A stretch of DNA of 64,000 nucleotides from the human T2T-CHM13v2.0 reference genome, Homo sapiens, in assembly GCF_009914755.1 (NCBI RefSeq), contig NC_060941.1; one strand, 5' to 3'. Below are positions 1-13,232 of the stretch, piece after piece; the first letter of the stretch is position 1, and the number at the start of each line of letters is the position of its first letter. Under the pieces are notes generated by a model that did no database searches, was not told where the DNA came from, and worked only from the letters and a program-made list of their open reading frames with translations. The position numbers were made by a program, and so were the translations under genes.

Positions 1-761
1 TGCTAGCTCTGCTCCCTGGCTTCACACAGAGAAAGTCACATTCCTCTTCTCTATGATTGCCTTCGAAGTGTTTTAAAACAGCTCTCATATTGCCCGTGAG
101 CCACCCACTTCGCTTTTCATGCTAAGCTGTCTGAGTTCTTTCATACGCTCCTCATCGCTCGTGGTTTCTGTGACATATGAGGAGCATCACCTCTGGTCAG
201 CCATACATCTCTCACTGCCTTCTACTTTATCGATGGGCCCAGGACACTGCCAACATCAAATGCATAGCCTCCTCTTCATGGCTTGAAGCCAGGCTGATGC
301 ACATTCAGGAAGAAATGGAAGTGAAGGCTGGTAGAAGGGTAGGAAAGGGAAGTTTTCAGAGAGAGCAAACTTAGGAAATGAGAATGCAGGTGCTGATAAA
401 AGTGTATGCTAGAATGTGAGCAGCTGAGAGTCACGTAACAGCTGGGAGAATGGGTATGGCTCAGCTCTTCGGAGAAGGGAAACCTTGGGAAGGGCTTTCT
501 TTGGGCAAACAACTCTAAGGGGAACAAACCAGCTGTGCTTAGAGTAGTGAATCCCAATCAGAGAGATGCTCATTTGAGTTATGAGGGCCACCCTTGGGAA
601 TTGTTATCGCCGTCTTGAGTTGAAAACACAGATTTTGAAAGTCCCAGGTTTAAAAGATTTTTGAAAAAGGTATTTTTTTCTTTCTAAACCAGACTTAGGT
701 CCACATGCCTAGACTATTGTCCATGTTACCATATGGATAAAAAAGCTAAAACTAATCAATA

Positions 762-1192
762 CACAGGTTGGGTTCCCTATCAGAGCCTGAGATGGCACAC
801 CTTCTACAGGTGATTTATTGAGGGAGTGTTCTCATAAAAAGCCTAGAAGCGGGAAGGGGAAGGTAGGGCGGGGGAAAAGGTAAGCATGAATGTGGTTTCA
901 GGAGAAGTCCAGCTCAGCCTGATCCCACGGGAAACACTGAGTGTAAACTGCACCACAATGTATTCCATCTTGAGGTGAGATGACTGGCATTTCCTAATCC
1001 TGTCAGTCAGTCACTGGCCACTGGCTGCCCCCAGGTGGTGGGGAGGTGAATAACTTCCCAGGTATCTCCAGAAGAGGCAGCACCTGTCAACCAAGGGCCA
1101 GCCTCCCCACGAAGGGGACTGATTAAGCTGTTATGTGCTCTACCTACAGGTGCAGTAAAGAGGATCTGGGCTGACCAACAGTGTCTTCCACA
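762..1192 (-). mobile_element. Old ERVL-type solo LTR (LTR16/LTR33-like)
   Basis: Termini resemble the recalled consensus: 'ggttccc...cagagcctgaga...tttattgagggag' and 'ggatctggg...ccaacagtgtcttccaca'. Confidence 0.45.
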
Positions 1193-1589
1193 GATACACT
1201 TGCTAATTCACGCATGGAAGACCCAGAGTGTATCACTCCCCTCAACTGCTGGACTACTGTGCTGCAAACTTTGAGTCAGAATGATGAGCTTCAGTCAGGC
1301 ATATCATGGCTCCTGAACAGGATTTTGAGAGCAAGATTCTGTGCCTCCCTCATCCTGCTGCAGCCTCTCAGTGCATCTAGGTGTTTCTGCTTCCATTGTA
1401 CATATCTATCAAAATAAAATTGTTATAATTAAACAAACAAATAAATAGATAAATAGATCTGGTGGCAAATGAACAGCAACTCCTCCCCACTCCCAACATA
1501 AGTTAAAGTTTGAGTTTCAGCAACAGATGTAGGATCAGAAAACAAATGTTTAATATGTTCTGTTGCATTAGAGCGGTACAGGTTGGCAA

Positions 1590-1700
1590 GTCCTTAGAAA
1601 CCACCTAATTCCACCCCTTCATTTTACAGATAAGCAAACTGAGGCCCATTGAGGCTTATTACCTTCCCAAAGGTTGTGCAACTAAATCTACAGAGGTCAT
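1590..1700 (-). mobile_element. MIR fragment
   Basis: Core cattttacagataagcaaactgaggc. Confidence 0.7.
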
Positions 1701-3399
1701 AAATCCAGGCAAATACGTTGCTTCTGTTTTATATGCTTAATTTCTTCTGAGCATAAATTTCAATGGCTACTGAGGCAATCAATAGAGAATATATCGAAAT
1801 CAGAAGAAAATAAGTACTGGGAGATGGAAAGATGCTTCAGCATCCAAAGAATGGCACTTTGGGGAATGCTGTCCTCAAATAAAGCCCAACCTGATAAACA
1901 GGCTTTTATCAGAGAATTTCAATTTATCAAATAATAACCATGTAGTATTTCTGAGCATTGGAGACAGCTGCTATCCAGCAACCACTAAGCCCAGTCTGTA
2001 TGGTTTTAAGTCAAATGCATGAGTGAAATATGATATATGGAGTTTCAAACTGGGAGGGGTGATGTAGGCTTGGTCTCAGGTTGTAATAGATCATGAGTCA
2101 AATGGCCTTGCTGGTCAAGGTAGATATTTTAACTCAGCTCCATCAAACATAAACATCCTACAAAAAAGAGAAAGCACACAGCAAATTTTCAGGTCTCTCT
2201 AGACTCAGGTGGTATCGTTTTAGTCTCATGGAGGGAATGGGGTGCGTGGCACTTTGACATATGGGCTGCTCTATGGAGCACCACCTCTAATGGCAAACTT
2301 AGTGCTAAATGCTACCAATTCGGTCTTTGGGAGATTTTTTAATGGGACCACATCTCAGCTCTTACAAAAGAAATCAGTAGCAAACTAGGATTCACTTTAC
2401 CAAAATTTTGTTAAATTCATCTCTTCATTAATGGAAGAACTTTCTATAGAGAGGAAAAGAGAACTACAATACAGAGGAGGAAAGGAACCAACACCCCAGC
2501 CAATAAGCTTCCAGGTAGCCTTCTAAGCAGTTCTGGATGTCTAAAATCTTCCAGAGAAAGAGACACAGACATGCACATTCACCCAACAATCAACTAGGCA
2601 TTATTTAGGAACTTGTGCAGTAGCTTCAGTTTTTTCTTTGCAAGTAGACATTGTGGGTCATCAAAATAGTCAGCTCTCAGTCATTGTCTTACCCCTTCAT
2701 CACATCAGAAAGAATTTTATATACCCCTGAAAGCACGACTTCCAGAGAGCTTACAGCTTAAAGTTCTAAACTGGAAGATCCCAAACGGAGGCTGACATTA
2801 TGGAAAACTTGCTTAGCTTGACAAAGGTTGCCCCCATAAGGGCATGCCAAATGTTCGCAAGACTTCAGAGCATCCTAAGGAATATGAAAAATCATCTATT
2901 TTGCATTAGTTACAATTTAGGCCATTTTGACATAGAATCTAGAGACTTTACAGACGGGAGAGTCAGGATCTACATCTGTGTGCTGAGGTGGTCTTGCGAG
3001 AAGTGGATGGTTTTGCAAGAAGAACCAGAGTTGACTCAAACTTGGGCCTCATCATGGAGCAGGGTTGGGCCTGTCAGGATGTGTGACTTTGTGTAAAGGA
3101 ACACATCTCTGGTGCATCTTAGCAAACATTCAAAAAACAGTAGGACCAAGATGGCATCAGATAAACAAGCAGAAATACTATCAATAAATTTCCATCAAAG
3201 GAGAGTAACTGGTGCTCAGTTTTGAGCCTAAAAGGAAGGAATCTCCTAATGACCTCAAGACTACCCAGGAGACTCAAGAAGAGAGCAAGCTAACATTGAT
3301 TGGATGTGTACTGTGGAGCAGACATGACACCAGATGCACAAAAAGTGAGATCCCAGGCCTAGTAATACACACACATGCACACAATACATGGCTGAATAG

Positions 3400-3756
<357 letters not shown>

Positions 3757-4064
3757 TGAGCATGGATTACTTCTATAATCAGAAAGTGTATTATTAAACA
3801 ATAACAATAATGGGACAAGTCATCCCAATGCAGGTGGAATCCTGGCTACCCATGATGCAAAAAGAAGCTTGAAAACAACAATTTCACCATATATCAACTA
3901 GACTTACTTAACATTAAACAAGCTTCAAACCCACTTTACCCAAACTCTGAAGAAGCAGTTTGACAGCTATGTGCTAAGCAATTCTAGGTGCCAAGAATAC
4001 AAGGATGAGTGAAGACATCAGGCCTTATGAGGAGGGGAGAAAAAAGAAATATGCGATTTGTAAA

Positions 4065-4940
4065 AAGTTAGCAATGCGATATTACCTCACACTTGTTAGA
4101 ATAGTTGTTGTCAAAAATACAAAAAATAACAAGCATTGGAAAGGATGTGGAGAAAGGTGAGCCCTTGTACACTGTGGGTGGGAATGGAAATTAGTACAGC
4201 CATTATGGAAAACAGTATGGAGGTTCCTCAAAAAAATTAAAAATAGAAGTACCATATGATCTAGCAATCCCACTACTGGGTATATATCCAAAGGAAGTGA
4301 AATCAGTATGTCAAAGAGATTCTGCCCTCCCATGTTTATTGCAGCACTAGTCACAAAAGCCAAGATATGGAATCAACCTAGTGTCCATTGATAGGTGAAT
4401 AAATAAAGATTTGTGATATATATACACAATGGAATACTATTCAGCCTTTAAAAAGGAAGAAAATCCTGTCATTTGTGACAACATAGATGAACCTGGAGGA
4501 CACTATGCAAAGTGAAATAAGTCAGGCACAGAAAGACAAATACTGCATGATCTCACTTCTATGTGGAATCTTAGAAAGTCAAACTCATAGAAACAGAGAG
4601 TAGAATGGTGATTACTGGGGACTGGGGAGTGGCAGGGTGGATAGGTGAGATATGGATCAAAGGACATAAAATTTCAGTTCAACAGGAGAGACAAGCCCAG
4701 GAAATCTATTGTACATCATAATGCCTAGAGTTAATAACAATATATTGAACAACTGAAAATTGCTAAGGGGGTAAATTTTAAGTGTTCTTACCATCCCCCC
4801 AAGAAAATGGTAAGTATATGAGGTAATACATATGTTAAATAGTTTGATTTAGCCACTCCACAATGTATACATACTTCAAAGCAGTGTTGTACATCATAAA
4901 TATATGTACCTTTTACTAATAAACTTTTTAAAATTAAAAA
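4065..4940 (+). mobile_element. L1 3' end (L1MA-type)
   Basis: ORF2-end/3'UTR motifs gaggttcctcaaaaaaattaaaaatagaa, atatgatctagcaatcccactactgggtatatatccaaagga and an A-rich end. Confidence 0.9.
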
Positions 4941-5227
4941 TTATCAGTGGCTAAAAAACTAGGGTGTTAAATCATTTCTAAGGTCATTTTTAGCCCAAGC
5001 ACTTCATGATTCTAATGCAAGAAAAAGAATAATGACTGTTCTAACAGAGGAATAAACCAAAATGCTGTTTAGAAGACAGACGAGAGAGTAATTTAGATTA
5101 TGGGAATGGGAAGGGGATGGGCAATGGTTTCCTGGAGAAGGCTACAGTGATGGTAAAGCTGGATTTTGAAGGATGACTAGGATTTAGATAAATAGACATG
5201 GAGAAAGAGGTATAAAAAGTAAAGAGG

Positions 5228-5581
<354 letters not shown>

Positions 5582-6189
5582 CTATTCAATTAGCAAGCCA
5601 TGCCTGGGTCATGGTATTTCCTGTGGGCAGCCCCCATATTTAGCATGATGTATGCAGAGTCTGGGTTTAATGAGACTGCATTCTTGCACTCAGCTATCAC
5701 CTCATCTGGAGGGGGTGGGAAATGGGCTGGGAGTTCTACAATGGCAAGGCTTTAGGCTATTTTTATCACACTGCACAATAGGTGCTCTATTTGATTGACA
5801 AAGGAATAACCATGCATGAAGCACTATGACACACTGCTATAAAAGCTGTGCACAGGGTGCATAGGTCACCCATTCCTGGCGTGGGGAGAGGGGCTGGCAC
5901 AGGACAAGTGAGCTTCCTAGAGTTGAGTTTGGGAGCATGGGATTCGATGTGGAAGCCAAGATGGTGGGTAAGGAGAGGACGTTTGAGCAGCAGAATTAAT
6001 ATGAAGAGCACAGAGAAAAGTGAAAGCTTAATATATAATGAGAATTGAGAATACCACCAACACAGCAGTTGCCTGTGCTCCAAAGCTGTTGGTGAAGTTA
6101 TAGTATGGAATAGTGAGCAAACCACTGGACTGAGAGTTGAGTGAGCTCCTGCGGGACACTAAGCAAAGCAAGAGGCCTACCCTGCTCTA

Positions 6190-6390
6190 GGCACCTGCCA
6201 CATAGTAGGCCTTCACATATTTTATGGCACTGAGTCAGCACGATAGCTCTAAGTGATAGGTATTATTGTTCCTAATTTAGAGATGAGACAATCAAGGTTA
6301 AGAAACTTGTCCAAAAATATACAGCAAATTGGTGGCAGAGTTGGAATTCCAACTCAGATTTCTCCCTAAAACTCACATTCTTCACCTACA
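6190..6390 (-). mobile_element. MIR fragment
   Basis: tattattgttcctaatttagagatgagacaatcaaggttaagaaacttgtccaa. Confidence 0.65.
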
Positions 6391-9300
6391 TGTTCCTAGT
6401 ATAATAATAATAATTTTTTTAAAAAAGATAGACTAGATTAGCTATGGACCCATTTGGCCTTGTGCAAGAATTCCAAAGATGTGATCTTCCTAAACCTTCA
6501 CCTCCACCATCTCTATAATGTTAGGTGATGTCAGTTAACAAGATCTACACAATGCCTCTAACAAGATCTCATAGTGGAGAGACCTTTCTTTTGTTAAGGA
6601 AAGAAAGAAATGTATTTCCTAAGAAATCTCAAATTTAAAATACAAACACATACAACTATGAAAGTAGGTTAAGTATGAAACTGAAATGTCATTTGTATTT
6701 CTGTACTTGGAGTCAGATGACCCCTAACATGATGAGCAGAGAAAAAACATAAAATAACCATGTCCTGGACACAAGCAGTAGGGCCACCACCTGTCAGCAA
6801 GAGTTAACTATCGAATCCAACTGTGACCTCCATTCTAAGAAACCCCATCTCAGTCAGGTTGGATGTAAACCCACCGCTCCAAACAGAGAAAGCAGTAGCC
6901 ACCTCTCCCTCCCTGGTTTCATCTTTCATAGCTTTACTCATCAGGTCTGACTCCTGCGAATAGCCCGACTACTAATATGGAAACCAACCCCACCTTCCAT
7001 CTTTGTAGCTGGCACAGTGTACACATATATTGCCTCCCAACATCCCTGTGGGTTAGTAAGTCAAATATTACTATCACATGTTAGATGACCAAGTCGAGGC
7101 CTAGAGAGGACGCAAGATACAACCAGGGAATAAGAAAGACAATGTTGTAGCTGGGCTTCAAACCTTTGTCTTTCTGCTCTTAATCTTGCACTCACATTAT
7201 CCAACACCATGGGCAGAGACACAATCCCTCCCCCTTCCTTCCACTCTAGGTCAATGAGGCAACCTCCCTAAGTAGACAATCTGGAATCAAAGCTGTCTTC
7301 TGCTTTTCCAGGAGGGAAAAAACGTGTGCTTATCTGAAATCAGATTGTCCTAGTTGAGGGCTAAGAGTGTACTTGCATGAGCATGAAGCACACCTGTTTA
7401 CATTGTAGTCAGCATCCCACACCTGGCTTCCCTGGGACTTTTACCCTCCGCAGACAGCCTTCTCTCACTCTGCTAGAATCATGGCTCATTCACTAATTAA
7501 AGGGTATTACACACTTCATTGCACATCAGCTAAGAGCTTGGAATAAGAAAGCTTATGCTAGAGCATTTGCACTGGAGATGCCACTAGATATGCTTCATAG
7601 AAAAAGAAATACAGAGAAAAGCCATCCCCTTGTGACATCCCTTCCCCCATACTTAACTTCTCTAATAAGTCAGCCACCGCACTTAAAGAAAGAAGTCACC
7701 TAGCATGGTACAATCCTAGATAGAGCCTCAAAAATAAGCCAACTGGAGAGGGATGCACAGCAGAGAAAATGAATAAGAGAAGGCGGGTCAAGTGGCTTCT
7801 CCAACAACCACCTGTCCAGGCTCTCTGCCCTCTTCTGGTATGGCAGCCCAATAAGAAGGATGCTTATATCCCAGGCCAAAAAAAGACAGAGGGACAAAGG
7901 ATGAGTTGGGAGGAGTACTCCTCACTACAAGGTCTTGAGCAAACTCAGCATCATGTTCCCTCTAGTAAAGGCTCAGCATTGCTGCCCACTGTGCCCAGCT
8001 GGGGCCAGAGACCAGCCTCCCTGCTGGAGCCTCGTTGGGCTGTCCTGGAGTAGATGCTTTTTCTGATACTCCCTGAACAACTTGAACAGCAGCACTGAGG
8101 CTCACCCTCTTTTCAATGATGGGGAAGGTCACACATAGAGGGCCAGCCTGAGGAATGGACACTCAAATAGATTACTCTTGAACTTGCTGAGGACAGCAGA
8201 TAATGACATGCCACTGACAGAGTAGTAAATATTATCCATAGGCAATTTCACTATTTGGGAAACATTACAAAGAGGTCAAAAGCTCAGGCGAACTTTAAGG
8301 CCTGATCTTAAAGACCTCTTGGGACCTCAGCAAGTAAAAAGATGGTCCAAGTATAAAACAATAGCCTGGGGTCAAAAAACATTTACTTCTAAATGGAACT
8401 TAGACATGGATTCAGAAGAAGCCACCAGTTGGACATGCAGTCAGGAGGAAGCTAGAGAACTCAACCCAGAGTCTGCTACTTATTACAGTTTCTCTCTGTG
8501 TCACCCTCTGTGTCGTCTGTGTGTTCCATGTGTGTTCAGGCAGACAGAGGAACAGCTGAGTGCATTTCCAAGCTGCACGGTGCAGTGGTGAAGCCGAGCG
8601 TTGCCAGGCGCTAGAAAGAACGGGGTGGAATATAGTGATGGCTTCAGCCTCCAAGAATAAGGCATTTTCTCTATCTCTCCTCAAGCCACCTAAGACATCA
8701 TTTGTGCATGACATGTTTTAGGATCCTGTTTGCTGCATTTAGAAGAGCTTCCAATATTACTGGTCCCTTCTCCCAGCTCAGACTGGCTTCCTCTTTAGCA
8801 TACACTACTGCCGATTTTGCTGTGCTCTTCCTCACAAGGCTTAAAAGGGATAATACAAAACAGCTCCTCCAAGAAACAGAGTTCTAGCACACAGACTGCG
8901 AGAGGCAATGCCCCCGGCACTCTGGGCTTTTTCAGAATCAGAGATAGCCAACAGCAATTACAGAGGCTACAGGCAGAGACTGGTTATGGCATTAAAAGAA
9001 CCTCAGATCAAGAGGCTGGTGAATCCAAGAGGGGGTAGGGAATGGATGCAGCACAGGAAAGGTAAGCAATGTCTTCATTAGGCAGAGGACTCTAGACAAG
9101 TGCTGGATCACAGGTCAGCCCCTTCCCAACTGCTATACCTGCTATTCCCAACTTGCAATTGCATTTTGGCTCAACGTTCTGAGACTCAAAAGCTCTCAAT
9201 CCCCCCTAAGGCAGCTATGGGGGAAGCAGCCACACTGGACTTCTGGAGGGTCCCACAGCCCCTGATACCCAGACGTGCCTGGCAGCAAACAGTAGTCAGC

Positions 9301-9952
9301 AGCTGCTGTATGACCTATTATGCCAAGTTATGCCTAGCAGCCCACTAACTGGAGAACCCTGGCAGCAACAGTGCTCCTCTCGTCCTTTCCTCTCTGCCCC
9401 TCCAGTAAGCCCCATCCTGAACGTAAGCCACATCCCCCTCCGCTTTTCCTCTTTACTCAGCTCCACACTCCTCCCCCAGGCTTTCCATTCCCACAGCTGT
9501 TCGCCCCCTCCCTGCACCCCTCCTCCTGCATCCACGTCGTTAAGTGATTATACAGAGAGAAAACCGAGCCTTTGAGTTTCAAGCCAAAGCTCCCAGACAA
9601 GGCAGCCGGGACTGGTTCACCCTCACAGGCATCTCCCTGACCCTCTTGCACACGTGCCTCCGCCCAGACCCTCCTCTCTGCCCAAGCACTCTGAACATCT
9701 CTTGGCTTCAACCTGCCAACAGATCAGATGGAGCCCTGGGGTGCCCGGCCTCTCCTCTCCCCACATGGAGCTTAGAATTCACACAAGGAAAGGAAGCAAG
9801 GAGACTTCCACACCTCTGCAGCATCACCTGCTCCAGCAAGCTCCCAAAGCCACCGGAGCCAGCCAGACTGCCTGGGCCCCACACCCCCTTCTCTGACGGC
9901 TTTAGCTCCAGCCCAGCCCACAGGATGCAGTGCCTGATGCCACTTCCGAGCA

Positions 9953-9992
9953 GAGAGAGACACACACGCACACGCACACGCACACACACACA
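9953..9992. repeat. (GA)n/(CA)n/(CACG)n compound microsatellite
   Basis: gagagagacacacacgcacacgcacacgcacacacacaca. Confidence 0.9.
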
Positions 9993-10366
9993 GAATGCCA
10001 CCTCGTCAATGACAAGCTGTTCCAATCACACAGCTCGGACACCAAGCGGACCGGACAACGGACAGCCCAGGCCTCCTCCCTCTGACTGGGAGGAAGCCAA
10101 CTGAGCACGTCTGGGGAAGTGATCCCCCACCGCAAGCCCCCCACTCACCCTCCATATTTGATCTGACAGCAGTGCTCTATCCTGGCCGGTAGCCTTCCCT
10201 GCAACCAGCTCGCACAACTCTGACCAACTACCCTCGTGGCCTTCAGGTGAGGCACTGCTCTCTCTCCTGTCCCAAAGCACAAGGAAACCCCAAACCAAGC
10301 AGGAGACCACCGGCGCACCACTTCTCCAGAGGACCAGACAGAGTGAGCTGAAAACCAAGTACTCAC

Positions 10367-10921
10367 TGTGGTGAAGTCTTGGTGGCCGCACTCCTGCCCT
10401 TTGAACTTGCAGTAGAGCATCATATCCTTCAGGTCATGGCCCACACGGTGCAGGAACTCCAGCATGCTGAACTGCTTGGGTTTGTAGTGCTTGAAGTTGG
10501 CCTTCTGCCGCAGGGCCTCCAGCACGGAGGGGTCAGCCAGATGGGGGTCCGGGATCTGCAGGTTGACATCCAGCAGGGCCAGCAGCTCCCCAGCATGGTA
10601 CAGGTCATTGGTGGTGAGCCTGGAGAACCGGAAGCCATTCAGGTTACAGAGGGTCACAGCTGGGAAGACCAGGCTTTGAGCCACCACTTCGTCCACCTTA
10701 GTGACATGCTGGTAGGAGAAGTAGTAGGACACCCTCTCAGAGCTCTCCACCAGCAGCAGGCCCAGAGAGCCCACGAAGGCCACTGCCCACAGCACACGCC
10801 GGATGGTCAGCGGCCCATACACGAAGATGTGGCGGATGCCATGGAGGGTGGAGGTGTTGGCAAAGATCTGGATGCTAGAAGGTTGCAGGCTGCCCTCACT
10901 GGGGCTTTCCTTGAGGTCCAT
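10367..10921 (-). CDS. ASIC2: Acid-sensing ion channel 2, isoform ASIC2a (MDEG1/BNC1), first coding exon (aa 1-185)
   Basis: Translation MDLKESPSEGSLQPSSIQIFANTSTLHGIRHIF...GHQDFTT contains the DEG/ENaC pre-TM1 HG motif, T39-I-R, hydrophobic TM1 (VLWAVAFVGSLGLLLV), H72 and the FPAVTLCNLN signature. The exon is 555 nt and ends at ACA|GTGAGT (donor 10366-10361, phase 0). The ORF-track extension to 10145 is intronic. Confidence 0.98.
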
Positions 10922-11012
10922 CGGGACCCCGTGCAGTTCCGCAACTGGCTTCAGGTTGATCGAATTTCAGAGAAGAGCTCCCAGTCCTCGGGCTCTGCTT
11001 AAACCTTGACGT

Positions 11013-11039
11013 TCAGGGGAGAGAACGCAAGGCAAGCAT
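11013..11039 (-). other. Upstream ORF MLALRSLP* in the predicted ASIC2a 5' UTR
   Basis: Minus strand reads ggcgcgATGCTTGCCTTGCGTTCTCTCCCCTGA, with G at -3. It is the only ATG between the TATA box and the main start. Confidence 0.6.
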
Positions 11040-11098
11040 CGCGCCAGATGCTGTGAGTTTATCCTGAGAGCCCAGCCGCACGCTGACAGGGGTGAGTG

Positions 11099-11108
11099 TT
11101 TATATAAA
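11099..11108. promoter_or_regulatory. TATA box of the ASIC2a promoter (palindromic TTTATATAAA)
   Basis: TATATAAA reads on the minus strand (11106-11099) and the plus strand (11101-11108), about 180 bp upstream of the ATG in GC-rich surroundings. Confidence 0.6.
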
Positions 11109-11217
11109 ACCCATTCAAACTCTAGCTCTTGATTTTTTCCAGGCGATAAGGAGGGCTGGTTTTATTTAGGGAGACACCAAGGTGATGTGGAAGAGATGTG
11201 GGTGGGAAGGGAGAGCT

Positions 11218-11227
11218 TAGCCAATGG
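11218..11227 (+). promoter_or_regulatory. CCAAT (NF-Y-type) box
   Basis: TAGCCAATGG, about 115 bp upstream of the TATA box. Confidence 0.45.
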
Positions 11228-12256
11228 AAATAAAGTCCTCCCCCCTACACACGCCACTAGAGACAAGATTAAAAGCGAGAGCGAGAGAGAAAATGCTTAA
11301 AACAAGTCGCTGAGCAGCTCGGAGCCTGTTAACCAGCGCATAATGCCCCATGTTAACCATCCTGGGGGATGTCAGGGCGGCCACGCTGATGCACTGCGGT
11401 CGGGCGCAGCGGCACAGCCTTCAGAGCCGCCGCCGCTCGGTTCCTTTTCCCATGATGTTTTGGACTCCGAATGCCGTTTCTCGCCGCCGGCCTCCGTCCC
11501 TCCTCTCCTCCTCCTCCAGGCCCCCTTTTGTGGGCAGAATTCCAAATGCCAGCGGCCGCTGCTAGCACCGGGGAGAGGAGGCAGCGCGCGGCGCGGAGAG
11601 GCGAGGACCGGTATCTGGAGACTGGGGACGGAAGCGGGGAGCTCAGACCGGGATCCATTCTCTCCTCGCCTCCTGGGAAAAAAGGGACAACCCCCAGGTC
11701 ACAAAGCCTGCCTGCTTCCCCCGCCCCAGCTCCCTGTCCCTGCTAGGCTGCCTTGGGGGGAAGGGCAGGGCGGGGGAGAAGGGCTGGTGGGGGCTGGGGA
11801 CTTTCTCCAAGTTTTCTTTTTAGCCTTTTTTGAAGGGAGCTAGCGGGGGCTTCTTCGAGGGTTGACATGACACCCCGCCCCCCAGGTGGCAGGAAGACAG
11901 TGCTAAACTCCTAGGAGCCAGGTGTGAGGTTGGAGGCGGCATTCCTTTGCATCAATGTCAGGGATCCCAGGTTAGACCCAGCCTGGGATCTCCAGAGGGG
12001 AGAATGCTAAAAATGCAGAAGGAAGGGGGCGATCCAAACCCACAGTGCCTCTGATGCAGACAGCGAGGGGGCATTCTAGGAGAGCAGCCAGGAGCCCCTC
12101 CTGAGACAGAAAAGCCAAGTTGCCCCTGGAGCCTCAGAGAAGGAGCAACAAGTAGTCGCCTCCCCCACCCCCACATAGCTGTCGGGAGAGTCTGTATTTG
12201 AAAGAGAAAGACAACTGGGACTCCAGGTGGGACTGGCTGCATACCATTCCATTTGG

Positions 12257-12259
<3 letters not shown>

Positions 12260-12301
<42 letters not shown>
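12260..12301. repeat. (GT)21 microsatellite
   Basis: Uninterrupted GT dinucleotide run. Confidence 0.97.
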
Positions 12302-12303
<2 letters not shown>

Positions 12304-12949
12304 TCTGATCCTGGATTTGTCAGATGGAAGTACAGCCGGAACTATAGGTGGGAGCAAAGAATTAGCCTTTCCGCTGCCTACCTCTTTTTTCCTGAAACTC
12401 CACTGGCAGTCAGCTCCTGCTAGCAGGTGAGTGTGGCTCGCCCTATTGGCCCATGCCAGAGCTCAAATGGCTAGAACCTACTGAATCAATGGTGCTAAAT
12501 TCCCATCAGAAGGAAGGGAACAGAAAGTCTGAGTGGCCATCCCAAGCCACACTGCCAAGCTGGGGCAGAGCCACATGGAGTCACCTTGATGAGCCAAGCT
12601 CTCATCTTCAGGGCTTTCCAGGCTTAAATCATACTCCTTGGACAATGTTGGAAAAGAAGGCAGCTGAGGGCACGTCCCTCTAGGTTTAGCTCTACTCTGA
12701 AATATGTTTTCATTCCATCTGGACCCCTGCTAAACTAGGTCCACTGACAAAAACATCCAGGTGCACTCTGAAGCAACCTGTAGCATTAAATCAGTGGTTT
12801 ATTGATCCTGGGAGCTCAGAGAACAGAAGCATCACAAGCAAGCACAATGGCAAAGATTGATAAACTTCACATATTCGTTAACCAAGAGGTCCTGGACTCC
12901 TAGGATAGGACACAGGTTTTTAAAGCAGGAGGACCAAAATTAACAAAGG

Positions 12950-13150
12950 TCTACCATGTGTCAGGACCTGTGTGAGGGTGTCATATCATCTTACTTATCC
13001 CTCTTAACTATCTTGACAGGTACATGTTCTTGTTATTATCCCTATTGTACAGGTGAGGAAGCTGGGGCTCACAAAAGTAAAGTGCTGTGTCCAAGTTACA
13101 GTTAGTGGTGTCAGAGGTGGGACTTGAACTCAGGCATATTTGTCTCCAAA
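12950..13150 (-). mobile_element. MIR fragment
   Basis: ttattatccctattgtacaggtgaggaagctggggctcaca...tgtccaagttacag. Confidence 0.7.
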
Positions 13151-13229
13151 ATGCAAGTTGTTAAAGCAGATCCGGAACACTTCTTCCCAAATTTAGGAAA
13201 GGAGCAGTCCTTTCTATGCTTTGTCCCTG

Positions 13230-13232
<3 letters not shown>

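Larger units (their letters stand above)
10380..11800. promoter_or_regulatory. CpG island / GC-rich promoter of ASIC2a with GC boxes
   Basis: Dense CpGs (e.g. GCAGCGCGCGGCGCGG at 11581-11596, GCCGCCGCCGC near 11427) and inverted Sp1-type GGGCGG boxes at 11717-11726 and 11768-11777. Confidence 0.8.

Noticed and set aside
458-478. RE1/REST-like sequences (here and near 10060 and 10520)
   Set aside because: At least three mismatches at core positions, or only a half-site.
8695-8860. Possible cryptic minus-strand exon (pyrimidine tract + AAG|, protein-looking frame LVRKSTAKSAVVYAKEEAS…)
   Set aside because: Weak acceptor, no convincing donor, in-frame stop and no similarity to ASIC proteins.
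9544-10104. 186-aa ORF and other ORFs in the GC-rich intron/promoter (e.g. 11343-11843)
   Set aside because: Low-complexity Pro/Ser/Gly-rich translations running through microsatellite or CpG-island DNA, where stops are rare.
10379-11002. 207-aa plus-strand ORF antisense to ASIC2 exon 1
   Set aside because: Typical mirror ORF of a GC3-rich coding exon; non-ATG start and no recognisable domain.
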